From Phoronis australis (Eukaryota; Animalia; Phoronida), in NCBI GenBank assembly GCA_002633005.1, contig NMRA01000370.1, positions 310,001-374,000 of the forward strand: a DNA stretch of 64,000 nt. The letters run 5' to 3'. The translations under genes were made by a program, and so were the position numbers. The notes below the pieces were generated by a model. The model saw only the letters and a program-made list of their open reading frames with translations, was not told the DNA's origin and searched no databases. Positions 24,700 through 37,725 of the stretch are shown here, in pieces; positions within the stretch are counted from its first letter, which is position 1; each line of letters starts with the position of its first letter.

Positions 24700-25627
24700 A
24701 TTCAAGACAATCTACCAATGAGAATCTGTTAATTGCAACTGTGGACTCAAATGTATCACCACTAATATAAAAAGAATGTTATTTCCTTATTTAAAATAGC
24801 TAGAAACCTACCTTCAATCAAAAAAAATTCGCTTAAACCACAGATTGCTATAAAATTAGTTTCAAATTGTTCTATTAAGTCAAGTTTGAAGTTTGAGGCG
24901 ATTTCATGCATTCACAAGAACCGACAGGTTGTTTTTTCTTGAGACCAGGCTTTACAAGCTGGCTTCTCATAACGTGCATGGTCTCAAGGAATAACAAAAC
25001 AATCAGACACCTAGAAATCGCTTCTCAAATTCTGAGTTAGGAACAAGCTAACAGCAAAATTATGGCAATAATGGGTCAGTATAAAATTTTGCTCCTTGTA
25101 CGGAGGGCAGGTTTATAGCTACCTTGGAGGAAAAAAAACTTTCGATGGTGGACATTTTTTCAGTGACCTAAAGTAGCAGCATTACACATGTTATAGTCAC
25201 ATTTACTTAGAGAGTGGCATTTAAAACATGATCAACATATTGAATACGTGAAAATAAAACAAAAATTTACAGCACTGCTACACTCACTGCTTTTTAATTG
25301 CTTTAACTGTTTTTTTTAGAAAGCCTGACTGCAGAGTGGACAATTTGGCTGACCTTCAGAACTAGTCTTAGGGAGTAAGACGCAAAGTAACCACAAATTA
25401 TCCTAGAAAGACATAATATAGCATTGGTACAAAACTGCAAAAATTATACAGCTTCAGAATGATGTGGATGAAAATAACGAAATAAACTCGGACACAAAAC
25501 TAAATGTAATTAAAACTATAGTAATCTTTGACAAAAGCATTTTGATTACACTAGTGCTAACAAAAGTAATGTTATACTGATATTCTGCAGCTAAATTTGT
25601 GGAGCGATAATATACGTCGACTGCCAC

Positions 25628-25802
25628 TTGACCTATCGCCAGGACTTCGAGTGACGGCTTAACTGACCATTTAGAACTCATCATTCTTGTCACACCCTTG
25701 TTTCCGAGCCGCCATTTCACCTGACAAACAACCCGTTTCCGAGTAAAACTTATTGTTTGTTAGTCGACACAACGCAAGGGGGCGGAGCTTGCAATAGGTC
25801 AT
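25628..25802. mobile_element. Short MITE, second copy of the 15685-15861 family (opposite orientation)
   Basis: Bounded by TTGACCTATC...AATAGGTCAT, and shares internal gagtgacggcttaactgacca and gccgccatttcacc segments. Confidence 0.75.
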
Positions 25803-28800
25803 TTATTCAAACAGCTGTTCTTCTTCCATAAGATCGCGAACACTTCAGCACAAATTACTAAGAATTCCGGTTTTAGTTTGTTATAAAGTTTCTAGAAATG
25901 TATTACCAGCAAACTGAATTTCTGAGCTAAATTTGGTTCAATTAAGTTGTCAACATTTCCTCTGGCTATGTGTGTGTGTGTGTGTCATTGTGTGTGTCAT
26001 TACTATACTGTTTTCAAGTTGAGGATAGAGTTTTCTTTGTAACAAAAGTTGGAGTGCCAGAGAAAGAAAATGATGTTTTGTTTTGAAGGTTGTAAGGGGC
26101 AAGGTGAGTGTTGGTCAACTACTAGATTTTGCACCTACCCTGTTCAGTCATTAGCTCTACACAACGATACACTGCAAGTTTGATGATGACGTGATGAGTA
26201 GAACTACCGGGGTGGTGTGAAATTTACACGCATCAATCCCTCGCTGAATTTTGACGGGAGTCTACATACAGCTATAAATTAAGTCAGCTGGTGGCACTTT
26301 GCGAATTTGAGTTGGTATTCACACTGATATTTTCGTGTCATTAAGTTGACTGAATAAGAAAATATAGCACAAAAAGAACAAATCAGTTATTTTTAACCAC
26401 ACTACATATAGTTAAGCCTCTGTTATTTACATATGTTCAACAGGTCGCACTCAACTTGAACGGCAGGAATCTAGCCAGTTGCATAAAAAAACGTACCTGC
26501 TGGACAAATTACTTGACATCAAATTAGATCGACTATGACATGGGTTAGAAATAATATGACATCATAATGTTGCATAATACAGTGAACCTGTACAAGGAGC
26601 ATGATGCGCTAATTGTGATGATGGGCCTGACTGTATTCGCCTGCCAAGTTTACCGTATGCAAGAACAAACACTGAACATTGAACGCACGTCAATCATTCA
26701 GAGACACCTAATGAGGCCGCATTTGCCACTGAAGCTTGAAAGTCAATGAACCAGGCAAAAATTTTGCTGATGAAAAGACCAGAACCATGCTGATTTTGAA
26801 TTCTCAGCAATTTGCCATGATGCAAAATTAAGCACTTCATTTCTGTGGGGATCCAAGGATGGTTTTACAGATGGTTGAGCAGACGCACACCCAGTTTCAA
26901 AAAGTCACTCATTTGTGGTGACATAATAAAAAATTTGACTCTTGAGCTGATCCAAACAAAGGTGGCATGACGGGAGCTCATTTTACGTACACTACACAGT
27001 CAGTGATTTTTTTAATGGAATCCAACAAAATATGAGGATAAATTGAAACAGAATGCTTATACCGCCAAAATAATTATTAGAACAAAATCTCAACAAATAA
27101 ACCAGTCACCGCCCGCTGTTCAGTGGCAAACGCATGCAGTGACCCTTGCCGATAACTCCCTCAATTCCGATGGGATCAATGTTAAGTGTTCCCATTGTAC
27201 CCAAGCGTCAGCATTTCGCTGGTAAATCCACCTCTTTGCTTCGAAGTTAACTTTCGCTGTTAACTTCGATTCAAGACTGAAGTTAAACGTTGCCATTGAC
27301 TGACAATAGCGAAGCTTTGAAGCCAGTGGGAAAGGCCTTTTTAATCATGCAACTGTCCCATTTGGTCTGTGTAAGTAAACACAATGTTAACAAAGGGTTT
27401 AAGGTCCTGGCTAAGAGAAAATGAATGATTTATTGCCCTCAACAGGTTTTGAATAGCTAAGCCTGGAATGAAATTGTCAAAATTGTAATTTTCCATTTTT
27501 CAAACAGGGCTGTTTTCTTTAATGCAAACAACAGAAAATTTATCGGAAGTTATTTTATGACATCTGCACAGTACAAACCATGCTTAATAAGAGTAGATTA
27601 AAATTCTCATAATCTTTATTTTCGGGGAGAAATTTGACAAAATGAAATTTCACCAGTCGGCAATATTGTACACTAAATACGTGAAGAAATACCATACATT
27701 TTTAATGGTCATTCACGGCAAAAAGCCAATGAATTGCTGCTTACGTTAAGCACCTCAAATCCAGGGACTTGGGAATCCCTGTAAATGAACGGTCTATTAA
27801 ATCAACAAGACGATGACGTTAGAATCTGTCATGAAGCAGTGATTTGTTTGATCAATCAATCGCTGCTGAACCAATATCAAGACAAGATGTCAGGCTTCCC
27901 GTCATGCTGCGTCATTTTGTTGTTTTCCATGGATGAAGTAGCCCATTTTTCAAAAGATGACACAAAATCTTATCACTTAAACGGCAAATTATAAAACTAA
28001 GAAAAGAATTAGAATAGAAACAGAATTTTTACCAAAATATCATTTTTGAGTCAAACTGTAACATGACTGTTTACTTGTTTACTTTCTAATTATGGTGCCC
28101 TCTTAAGTTTACTAAAAATACTATTTTTTGAGAAATTATGGTTCATGATCGTTATTTTGAACGACCTTCGGCATTAAGAAATATCAAGTAAATTGTCTAC
28201 AGAAGTCTCACAAGAACAAAGCTCCACTCCGCAATAGTCGGATATAACATGCCGCATTATGAGAACCTGCCAGTTTGATGCCCGTATTCAGTGTTTCGCA
28301 ATTTAATGCTAGCACATTATATTGGAACATTTACACTCTAGTTTATCGAAATGGAATTGCGACTTTTCCTGACAATTTCTAGCTCAGTCTAATTGAAGAA
28401 ACTATTTTCACATTAGTATAAATTGTTGGATAGTTTATATCCTTCTGGTCGTTAGTATGGGTAACGCGGTTAATGGTCACTGTGTTATTAATTATAGGGT
28501 ATGGGCGGGCCAGGCTGACAGTAATCTCTATAGCCTAGCTGGTGATCCGACATTAATCCTATACTGTTCAGTAATTATACAGTTTTACAAGAGCCTTGTG
28601 ACCACAGGATTTGCACATAATTGAATCAAGGATATGTGGGTTGCTGTGGTAACGAGGAAAAGAGCAAAATAAAGCTGAACTTCTTGCACAACTGTATTCA
28701 CTTTCGCCCTCATAAGCTAATAGCCTTATCTGGAACTAAGCTTTTCTAAGTGGCAACTAACTAAGTGATGTTGTCCCAGGGGATAGTCGATTACATTTTG

Positions 28801-31800
28801 ACAGGGTTGGGGAGAAGGGAAGGAATATTGATATCCATCTATTAGAGAATTGATTCAAAAAGGGACAGATTTGTAGGGAGTGTCCATGATAAAGTAATCT
28901 TCTCCTGGGGATTTGTTCGAGAAACACCGTCCTTTTTCGTAGATGTTAATTCCATAAACCTTAACCTTTTTTAGAGATTATTTTGTAGATTTTCACAGTT
29001 GGAAATTGAAACTTCCACAAAAGTAGAGGATTAATCGGAAAAGGCAACCTTTTGTACTTCATTAGGGATTTTGTCTCGAACATAAACTGGGTGCGAGAAA
29101 CTCACCATTTTGAGTAGCACTAGCCATGCACCACTTCTGTAGGAGTTACCCCCCACACTTAAAAATGTCGCTGTATGAAATACTGAACACACCAGTCAAA
29201 CGCACAGCAGTGACAAATAAATTTGAGCAGTCAGGGTAATTTATAGATTTCAAACAAGTTTTGATGAGGATTTAGTGTGTGGAGAGTTACCACACCCAAA
29301 TTAGTAGAACGGATTACAGGCTGTTTTATCTTGTTTACAACCACATAATAACAAATTTGCTTGACAACAAACACCCTGTATCTATCCTGCTTCAGCCTGC
29401 AGAGCATATTCGGCTTCACGTGTCCCTTTTAGGACTGTATTGACTTATTTGGAAAGTCATGTGACCCAACTAGCCCAATAGGTGTCATAACATTTGAAAT
29501 TTAAAAAATCGCACAGAGAATACATAAAAACCGTTTGTATATTATTTTGTTATTAGTCTGCATATGATGAGTTATTCTAAGTATCAAAGAAGCAGTGTAA
29601 TACAAAGACAAAGTGTTAGTTAGTAGACATTAGTAGGATATAAGCTTTACATGAGCGCTTCACATTTACTATGGACTAAAAAGGACTAAGGTGAGTAGAA
29701 GTTCACTGATTGGTCGCCCAGGTCACAAGTAAAATTTCAGCCTCAAGGCATCCTGACTATTGTTTTCTGTGCAGAGTTCAAAGAAATAAAGTAAGGCATC
29801 AGTGAAAATAAATCATCTCATCACTGCACTGTTTTTACTTGGACAAACATTTTCATGAGTTCACTGGATATCAAATGGCAACATGATTTCAGCAGGAACC
29901 GACACTTAGGATTACCTTTACTGGTTCTAATAACTTTTCTACCATGACGTCTGTCAACATATATCTTTGTGTAAAAATATATGGTAGACCCAGTTGCCAT
30001 AAGCCCACAGGCTACAGAAAAAGCTCAATGATTTCAGACAGAAATAATTACCCAAATCCTGCCTGTTCCTCATTTTTCACAGGCAACTAACGTTGTTTTC
30101 AATGCCTGCAGGTTTTAAAAATATTGTGTAACATGAACACACAAACAATGAGGGTTAAACGTTACTTCAACCACACTATTAATCATTATTTTATGAAAAC
30201 AGTGACAAAGTATAATTTTTGTTGTCCGCCAACATCGTGTTTTCGGTAACTTTCACATATTTCGAAATTGTAACAAAGTTTGAAGAATGAAATATTAGAC
30301 TATGAGCTCATGTCAACATAGTTGTAGCTGATATACGCAGGCACACACACCAGGCAGCTGCTCAGTCACTAGGCTCAAAAATTCGGTTGGAAATGCTGTA
30401 AATTCCACAGAGGTGAACATAGGGTACTAAAAACAAACTCAGGGTTTCACAAATTGCAATAGAATGTTTATGTTCAGCCTAAGATAACAACGCACCTGGT
30501 TAACTTCCGCAATAACTTAAGGTTATGTAGGTTATGTGGGAGGTTATCGACAAGACTGTACGTTTAGCTATATATCTAGACAAAACTGTAGAACTTTACT
30601 CAGAAAAAGTACACATTTTCTGAAAACAGAAAGCCTACATAACCTTGAAAGACCATTGCAGAGAATACACTTTTTTGAGACCTTTTTCAGCTATAGACGT
30701 TTAATCAAAGTATAGAATTCAACACAGTAAAAGTATATATTTCTGAAAGCAATCATTTGTATCAAAAAATTGATTAAGTAACTGATGCTAGTGTTTTGCT
30801 TTTTGTGAAAGCGTGGACATGACCTTAATTGATGGCACATTAACATAAAATCTAAAACCGCAATCATGATGAAATCTTAAAAATGGTGTTACGGTTTTCT
30901 AAAATATTTTGTTTTCATTTTGTACAACTTTAGATTTTTTTCATGATAGCGCCTCAATCAAATTTGGAACAGTTTCTAAAACGGTTTTGAAGAAGAGTAC
31001 AAAAAGATAGTATCTGAAAGTTTCATTCAAGAATAAAACGCATAAGAAAACATAAATTATGCATCGAATGTTCTGAGGGTTGCGCTCTTAATGACAGCGG
31101 TATGAGTTAAAGTACTATTGACAAGAGCAAAAACTTAGGCTAAATATGAATACAGGCTTTAATAAAAGGTATCTGTTTGTACTTTTATCAAGAGATTTAG
31201 TTGAATTTGATCAGCTATTTCTGAAATATAACGTTTCGAATTTAGTCAAATTTAGACAAATTTATAGAACCCAACATAACCTTACTATCTCTAACCAACA
31301 AGCACACACAGAAGGCTATGGTACAATTTTAAGGATATAAAAAGCATTCATTGAAGCTTAGGCAACAATAACCCGACTAGATCAAAGTTCACATAGGACC
31401 TTGGTAATGTTTCTAACCAGTTTACCAGTCATCCACTCCCCACTGTAACCAATTTGCTTTACCCAAAAAGGGTACCAGTCAGTTGAGTCGACTTTAGCCA
31501 TTATATGTTAGTGATAATAGTCAGACCTATTACATGTAGTAAGACTTAAATTCTTGCAAAGACTCTCTTTATCAGTTTTTTCAACTTTTGTCTGAGTTAT
31601 CAATTTGTGGACATTCAGTTTCATTTGATCCCCTCTTTCTCAGTCAATAGCACTGTTTCAGATCTAGCTCGTGGCAAATAAACGATGATGTAGAAATTCC
31701 CACTGGGTTATTTGCTATGATTGCAAGAGACATATACAAGTGAAACCTTCTGACCATAAAGATGCCAAGAATTGCCTGCGAGTGCTCTATTGCTCAGGCC

Positions 31801-33502
31801 AAGGGAAGAGCCTGTGCTTTCTGCGTAGGGGATTATTTGGTTGAAGGGAAAATTCCCCCACCTCGGTCACCACAAATTCCACATTCCCGACAGTCACTAT
31901 CCTTCAATGTCAATGCCTAGAGTAGCCAAAACAGATATTTTGCAGAGTGGAATATTTTATCATTGGAATGGAATTTTTAGGCCCAATGATGGAAATTTTG
32001 CATGATCAAGGCATCGAGGGGTCTACCTGCTCACTACACCTGAATTACTAAAAACCCAAGTAGTCTAACTCATCGCTAGTGTTGAGACAAAGAGGTTCTG
32101 CATATCCTTAATACCTGAGCCAGGGCTGCTGTCAACGACAAGCACTATGGCACCACCCAACAGCACCATGCACCAACTGGCCCTACATTATTGCTGCCAG
32201 CTTTAATGTCCCGTCCCTCCTATCAGTTTCTCTCCTGTAAACCCCATCACCAGTCTAAGTTTCAAAATGTGACATAACGCCAATGTCTAAGGCTTTATGT
32301 ATAAAGGGCCTGTCTTGTATTACTTGTACTTTATGGTCACCATTAGTTATAGTTAGGATTATAATTCTTATTATAATCATTACACATTTACATAACAATC
32401 ATTTCCTCTTACACAGTAAACAGTAACAATACAGAAGATGCCTGATAAAATCCTATCTGTAGCACACCCCTGAGAAAGAGCGCGTCGCTCGATACGTGGG
32501 GATATTTTAATAAATTTTAGTATCGACGCTCGTCATGTTAGTTTTACTAGTTTTACTATTTGATAAAATCCTACCATGAAATGCGCGGAAATTATGAATG
32601 AAGTCTCAAATTTTTCAATTTAACGTTATTATCACCCCAAACTGTCATCAGGTGGGAAAATAATAAGAACAGTAAAACATAACCTGAACTCCGAAGGCGA
32701 CTTGAGTCCACACATTCTAATTGTTCAACAGAAAAAAAAACTGGTCAGCCATGTTGACCCCCACTTCATTTTCCTAATCTGGCATTTGGTTAAAAGAAAA
32801 ACCCACATGCCACTTTCGGACAATGTGCAAGAGGCTGATGTTCATTTTACAGTGAAAATTAAGGCAAAAAGAACTACCTTGTCAACCACTTATCTTTTGG
32901 TTTTAGATGGAGGTAGCAGTTTAATTCACACATGACAAGAATCCTACCTTGACACCCAAATAGGTCGAGATTGGGTAAATCGACCAGTTTGCCAACCTCA
33001 GGAATTGTTGGCTTGGATCAAAGACCTGGTGCTGTTGTGGTTAAATAAATTGCCTCAAGCTTCTGATGTTATTGTTCTTAGATAATCAGACCCACCATAA
33101 ACAACCGCGGAAGACAATGTTTTTCTTAATTTTTTATTTGAAAGTTTTTAAATAGCATTTTTGAATCATTCATGAAATGCAGACGTTGTTTGGTTTTTAA
33201 ATTTTTAAAATAGGACAAGAAATGTGACTTTCAGCCTGTTGCCCAGAGCTCACCCATTGTTCTGTGCCTCAATCCATGGGTTTGCAACATAATGGGCCAA
33301 TTACCAAACCAGCAGGGGACGTAGGATTTTGAGGTAGGCCAAGTGTCATTGTTCAATTCTTGGCATGTATAAAACTCCAGGCTCTACAAATCACAAAAGT
33401 AATATTGTTCATGTTTCAGACAACACTTTACATTGTCACAAGATGGGAGACATAAAAACAAATTTTCAAATGAAAGTATCTGGCTACTAGCTCTCCAAAT
33501 GG

Positions 33503-33728
33503 CATGGGTGTGTCCGTGTTGAGGTCTTAACCTCACAAGCACAGCCATGGGTGTGTCCATTTTGAGGTCTTAACCTCACAAGCACTGCCCCATGGGTGTG
33601 TCCATGTTGAGGTCTTAACCTCCCAAGCACTGTCCCATGGGTGTGTCCATGTTGAGGTCTTAACCTCCCAAGCACTGTCCCATCCAGGGTGTGTCCGTGT
33701 TGAGGGCATAACCTCCAAGCACTGCCCC
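33503..33728. repeat. Minisatellite, about 45-bp unit x5
   Basis: ccatgggtgtgtccatgttgaggtcttaacctcccaagcactgtc repeats, each with an internal GAGG...CCTC hairpin. This explains the repetitive ORFs 33487-33864 and 33533-33775. Confidence 0.92.
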
Positions 33729-34476
33729 AAATGTTGATTTTTAGCTTCGTTTGATGCAAGATTAGGCTGGTACATATTTTAGAAAATTCCAGATAAATCA
33801 GTGCATGGCAATCGCCTGCCTCGCCCCCGGTATATATTTTGGACGTGTTGATTACTATGAACAAATCGTTAATAAAAGGTTGTGCAATAAAAAGCTAAGG
33901 TTTGCTGCGACTAAGATACAACTGACAGATGTGTTGAGAAGCTCTTTTGATTAAAAACCACTACTTGAAAAGGTTCTTAAAAATAAGAACAAAACGCAGA
34001 CATATTTATTGATCGAGCTCTTTACAGTATTGATAATCCAGTCAATGAGGTAACTAGCCCAGAGGTATAAGAGACAAATCTAATAAGACAAATAGCCTGA
34101 AGTCAAGTACTTCATTTCACACAATGGTCGGCAACTGACAGTGACACCTGTATTCCAATAAAAGAAACTTTTGTCTTAATATTCACCCATTAAAGGAGCA
34201 TGCCACCCAAAAAAAGCTACCGTATTCGCCGTAATAACCGCCCATGCCCCTATAAGCGTGAGATACAGACAGGAGAACCTAGGTCTGTGTTGTTTAGACT
34301 TGTGATTTTTTGATTTCTAAACACAAAACGCTTGCCTCCTGGCCAGTGGCTCCGGGCGCCCAAATAGGCAGGATTGACTCGATCCCGGCCAGTGGCTCAG
34401 AAACTGATCAGACATCAGGAACATAAACCAGCCAAAGTTCAGTGGAAACTAAACTTCCAGTCAGGAAAATACTATA

Positions 34477-35426
34477 CGTATTCGCCGTAATAACCGCCCA
34501 TGCCCCTATAAGCGCCCCCCCCACGCGTTTTCAGACTTTGCTGAAATAAGCGCCCAGTCCATGAACGTGTACATGCGAACAATTACGTACCTACAGTCCT
34601 AAAACTCGGCTACAGTAACGTCTTCAATTTATCAATAAATTTTTGCACGGGTCTTCTAGACCACCGACCAGCAGCACTGCTACGTTTGTATTTAGCTGTG
34701 ACTTTACACTTCAAAGTAACGCAGCGCTTCAAAAAGAACGCAACAGTGTTGCTACGTTCTCGCGACGACCGTGCCCCACTATGGTCTGACCTTTCAGTAG
34801 ACACATCGACTGTCTCATGAATAAAAAAACTCGGTGTTAAACGCACGTGGCCAGGAGGCGCGCGCGCTACATACATGAACCTGTCATCAAAGACATTAGT
34901 CGGGAACTTTCCATTCATGAAACGGGTAGCATAGCATCGATAAGAAATGAATATTGGCACTAATTTTCAACAATTTCTAATACTATAAAACATGTTTGCG
35001 TTATTTTTGAGATGGTTTGTTTGATTTACCATAATTGGTGTTTTTACGCCGAATCCGAAAAAATGACAACTGACAGTGAATGCTTACACACCCTTACACC
35101 GAAAAATAACTGTCAGATAGTTACGTACGCATCCAGCTACACGGCGACTAATATGGGCCTTACCGAGACAAATGTCGAAAGTTTTTAGCACAAGACCGGC
35201 AAGTGCTGAATGAAACACGCTCTGGTTTAGGCCTACTGCAAATTTCTTTAGACACATCTATAAGTTAGATTGCGTGGCTCTGGCCAAAAGACGGTCTCTG
35301 CTTTGGCAAATGAACTCTGGTGACACGCACGCGCTCGCTTACTCGCAGACGAACTTCAAAACAAACGTCACGTGACAGCAACATGTGTGTTCGTCCAGAC
35401 ATTTTTCTCACCGTGTTGCCGATCAT
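34477..35426. mobile_element. Tc1/mariner(pogo)-like element inserted at TA, cut off by an assembly gap
   Basis: ta|cgtattcgccgtaataaccgcccatgcccctataagcgccc terminus with repeated taa(c/g)cgccc subterminal motifs. A 39-bp copy of this terminus also lies at 34220-34258. Confidence 0.55.
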
Positions 35427-36040
35427 NAAACGCTTGCCTCCTGGCCAGTGGCTCCGGGCGCCCGAATAGGCAGGATTGACTCGATCCCGGCCAGTAGCTC
35501 AGAAACTGATCAGACATCATGAACATAAACCAGCCAAAGTTCAGTGGAAACTAAACTTCCAGTCAGGAAAATACTATACTATTGAGCCAAAGTAATGTGC
35601 ACGTGATTATGTTGGTGAATTAGCCACGAAACTGCAAATCTACTTACTCGTCGGGGGCCGCGAATTCAAGTTCCGCTTTGGCCACAGCACCGTCAGGGCA
35701 GAAGTTGTACATTGACAATCATTACTTCAGTAATGTAAATGTAAATAAAGATTCCCCTAACATCTGGCCGTGGGATGGAAATTGAGTTGTTTCACAACAG
35801 TTTCTGCCAGCAAACACTAAATTAGCATGAGCTCACATGGCCTCGGTTTTATTGCACCTAAAGCCAGTAAGGCAGTGGTGATTTATTCATTGCTGGCTTC
35901 TCAAATCATTTGCACTCACGAACACTCCAAAGGCATTACAAATTGCATCTAATGAGACAGACTTTGTTTCAGTTTTATATAAGTATTGGTTAGGGTGAGA
36001 ATAATTCATTTTGAAACAGAACGCTCGCAGGAACGCCAAC

Positions 36041-36178
36041 ATGGCAACTCGCAATCCCGACTCATCAGTCCCGACTTTGCAGGTGGATCGTTAGGTTTTA
36101 CAGGCTATCAATTCGAACAGGAATACAGTGATGAAGAAATACTAGAGAGGCGCCGTGAACAAGCTCAGACGACGGAAG
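36041..36178 (+). pseudogene. KolX-like (P2X7 intracellular-domain-related) N-terminal exon remnant
   Basis: A caacATGg start, then a frameshift into GFTGYQFEQEYSDEEILERRRE, resembles the recalled YxFEPxxxxE start of KolX-type proteins. A GTATGG donor-like site follows. Confidence 0.5.
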
Positions 36179-36229
36179 GTATGGAGTTATTTGATAAGTC
36201 GGCATTTGTGATTGAGGCACTGTCGACGT

Positions 36230-36399
36230 CTGCAGGCCACAGACACGGAGATGTTTCATGGCCTCATACACTTCATTCTTCACTACCATGAGCCACTTCC
36301 TAAGCATTTCGGACTCTCGAGGAAGTAAAAAAATAACTATATACCCGCTTTCCCCGCAGCTGCTTAGTTCGGACAAGCGGGAAAGATGCACCGCATCAT
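36230..36399 (-). pseudogene. THAP zinc-finger fragment (transposase N-terminus)
   Basis: MMRCIFPACPN*, then a frameshift into ...IFLLPRESEMLRKWLMVVKNEVYEAMKHLRVCGL, fits the THAP C-x4-C...P...W...vC pattern. Confidence 0.75.
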
Positions 36400-37039
36400 A
36401 GTGGCATTCACTCTGCATATGAACCACTGACGTCGCTAGCGTCGTTTCTCACCTTCCCCACAGGTTAACGCGACACCTCTTGGCAAGGTAAGGTCGACCA
36501 CAAAAGACCAATTAAGACGGCAAAAAAAGATTAATTAAATCGGGTGGCATTCTCCTTTAAGAACACAGAATAAGTTTTGTGTATGAGAGTATAATACAAA
36601 AACAGGAGCCTATTGCAAGTTACTGTCCTTTATACACATATTTTTGTTTTTTCATATCCATTTTTTTCAGTTTCTAAAAATTGAATTTTGGTTACAAATT
36701 CCGTTCTGTGTTCTACTACCAACAGGTCATTTTCTCACGAACACAACCGCCATACTTCATGAAGATGATGCTAGGAGTTTATGAGATGAAGCAGCAGACG
36801 CTGAAGGGATCTCAGACGGATGCCACAGCAGAAAGTGCATCCTTATAACAAGACCTTCAAAGACATTAGATGCTCATGGGTTAGATGTACTATTTTATGA
36901 ACAAAGAGACCACCTTAAAGTATTGCATTCTCTCTTAATTAATGCCCTGCAAGACTGAAACAGATATCCATCTTACATGATGTTGAAGCAGGAATCGTAA
37001 GACTACAACTATCAATTTCCGGTTCTGAAAGGTACATCT

Positions 37040-37725
37040 TATATACATCTATCTGTACGTATAGCTATATATGCAAAATTGGCTAAATACATGAAACTTG
37101 TCAGGGTTACAATCTTTATTCCATTCCATTCGTATCCTCGCAACAAAGTCTGACATTCAACGAAACATTGGTAAAGTAACTGACCAAGAGACATGGTGAA
37201 ACGGCACACCACATTTGAAACATTCACCCGTCAATAAATTGTGGAAAACATTAGTCAATTCCACACATAGAGCACGATGTGCTGCCATTGAAAGTATTGG
37301 AGTCCCTTTTGATTGCATTCGAGAAGCCTGTTTTGAATGAGCAGCAAACAAGGTCAAGTCGCACGCTACACTTGTTTGCATGACTTTCCTATTACTCCTC
37401 CATTTGCCATTTTATGCAGTACTTCACACCTGCCGTCTCTCACTGTGTAACTTTTGCTATGTGGTGGTAGTACTGCGTCATTCTATTTCCCCTTGAGCAT
37501 AAAACAGGAATGTTTGGAGATATTGTGTGTCTTTTAATCATGTCTCTTGGGTCAGGTACTTTACCAATGTTCTGTAGAATGTCGAACTTTGTTCCGTGGA
37601 ATAAAGATAGTCAGCAACGACAAGTGCCATGTGTCTTTAACAAATTCTGCATGACGGAAAGCATGCTACCCAAGTACAGCAAATTCAAGACACATAAATA
37701 CTATAGATAAATATAAAGATATACA
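37040..37725. mobile_element. Degenerate fold-back element
   Basis: acaaagtctgacattcaacgaaacattggtaaagtaactgaccaagagacatg (about 37143-37195) is inverted at about 37538-37593; the outer limits are approximate. Confidence 0.6.

Larger units (their letters stand above)
34194..36556. mobile_element. Internally deleted Kolobok DNA transposon with nested insertion
   Basis: TTAA|AGGAGCATGCCACCC ... GGGTGGCATTCTCCT|TTAA gives a 14/15 TIR match with a TTAA target duplication. The element carries KolX-like and THAP fragments, and spans an assembly gap. Confidence 0.8.

Noticed and set aside
33487-33864. Repetitive ORFs (GTVLGRLRPQHGHTH) and a possible CRISPR-like array with palindromic repeats
   Set aside because: Head-to-tail 45-bp minisatellite with no unique spacers and no cas genes, in a eukaryotic context; the ORFs are a by-product of the unit length being a multiple of 3.
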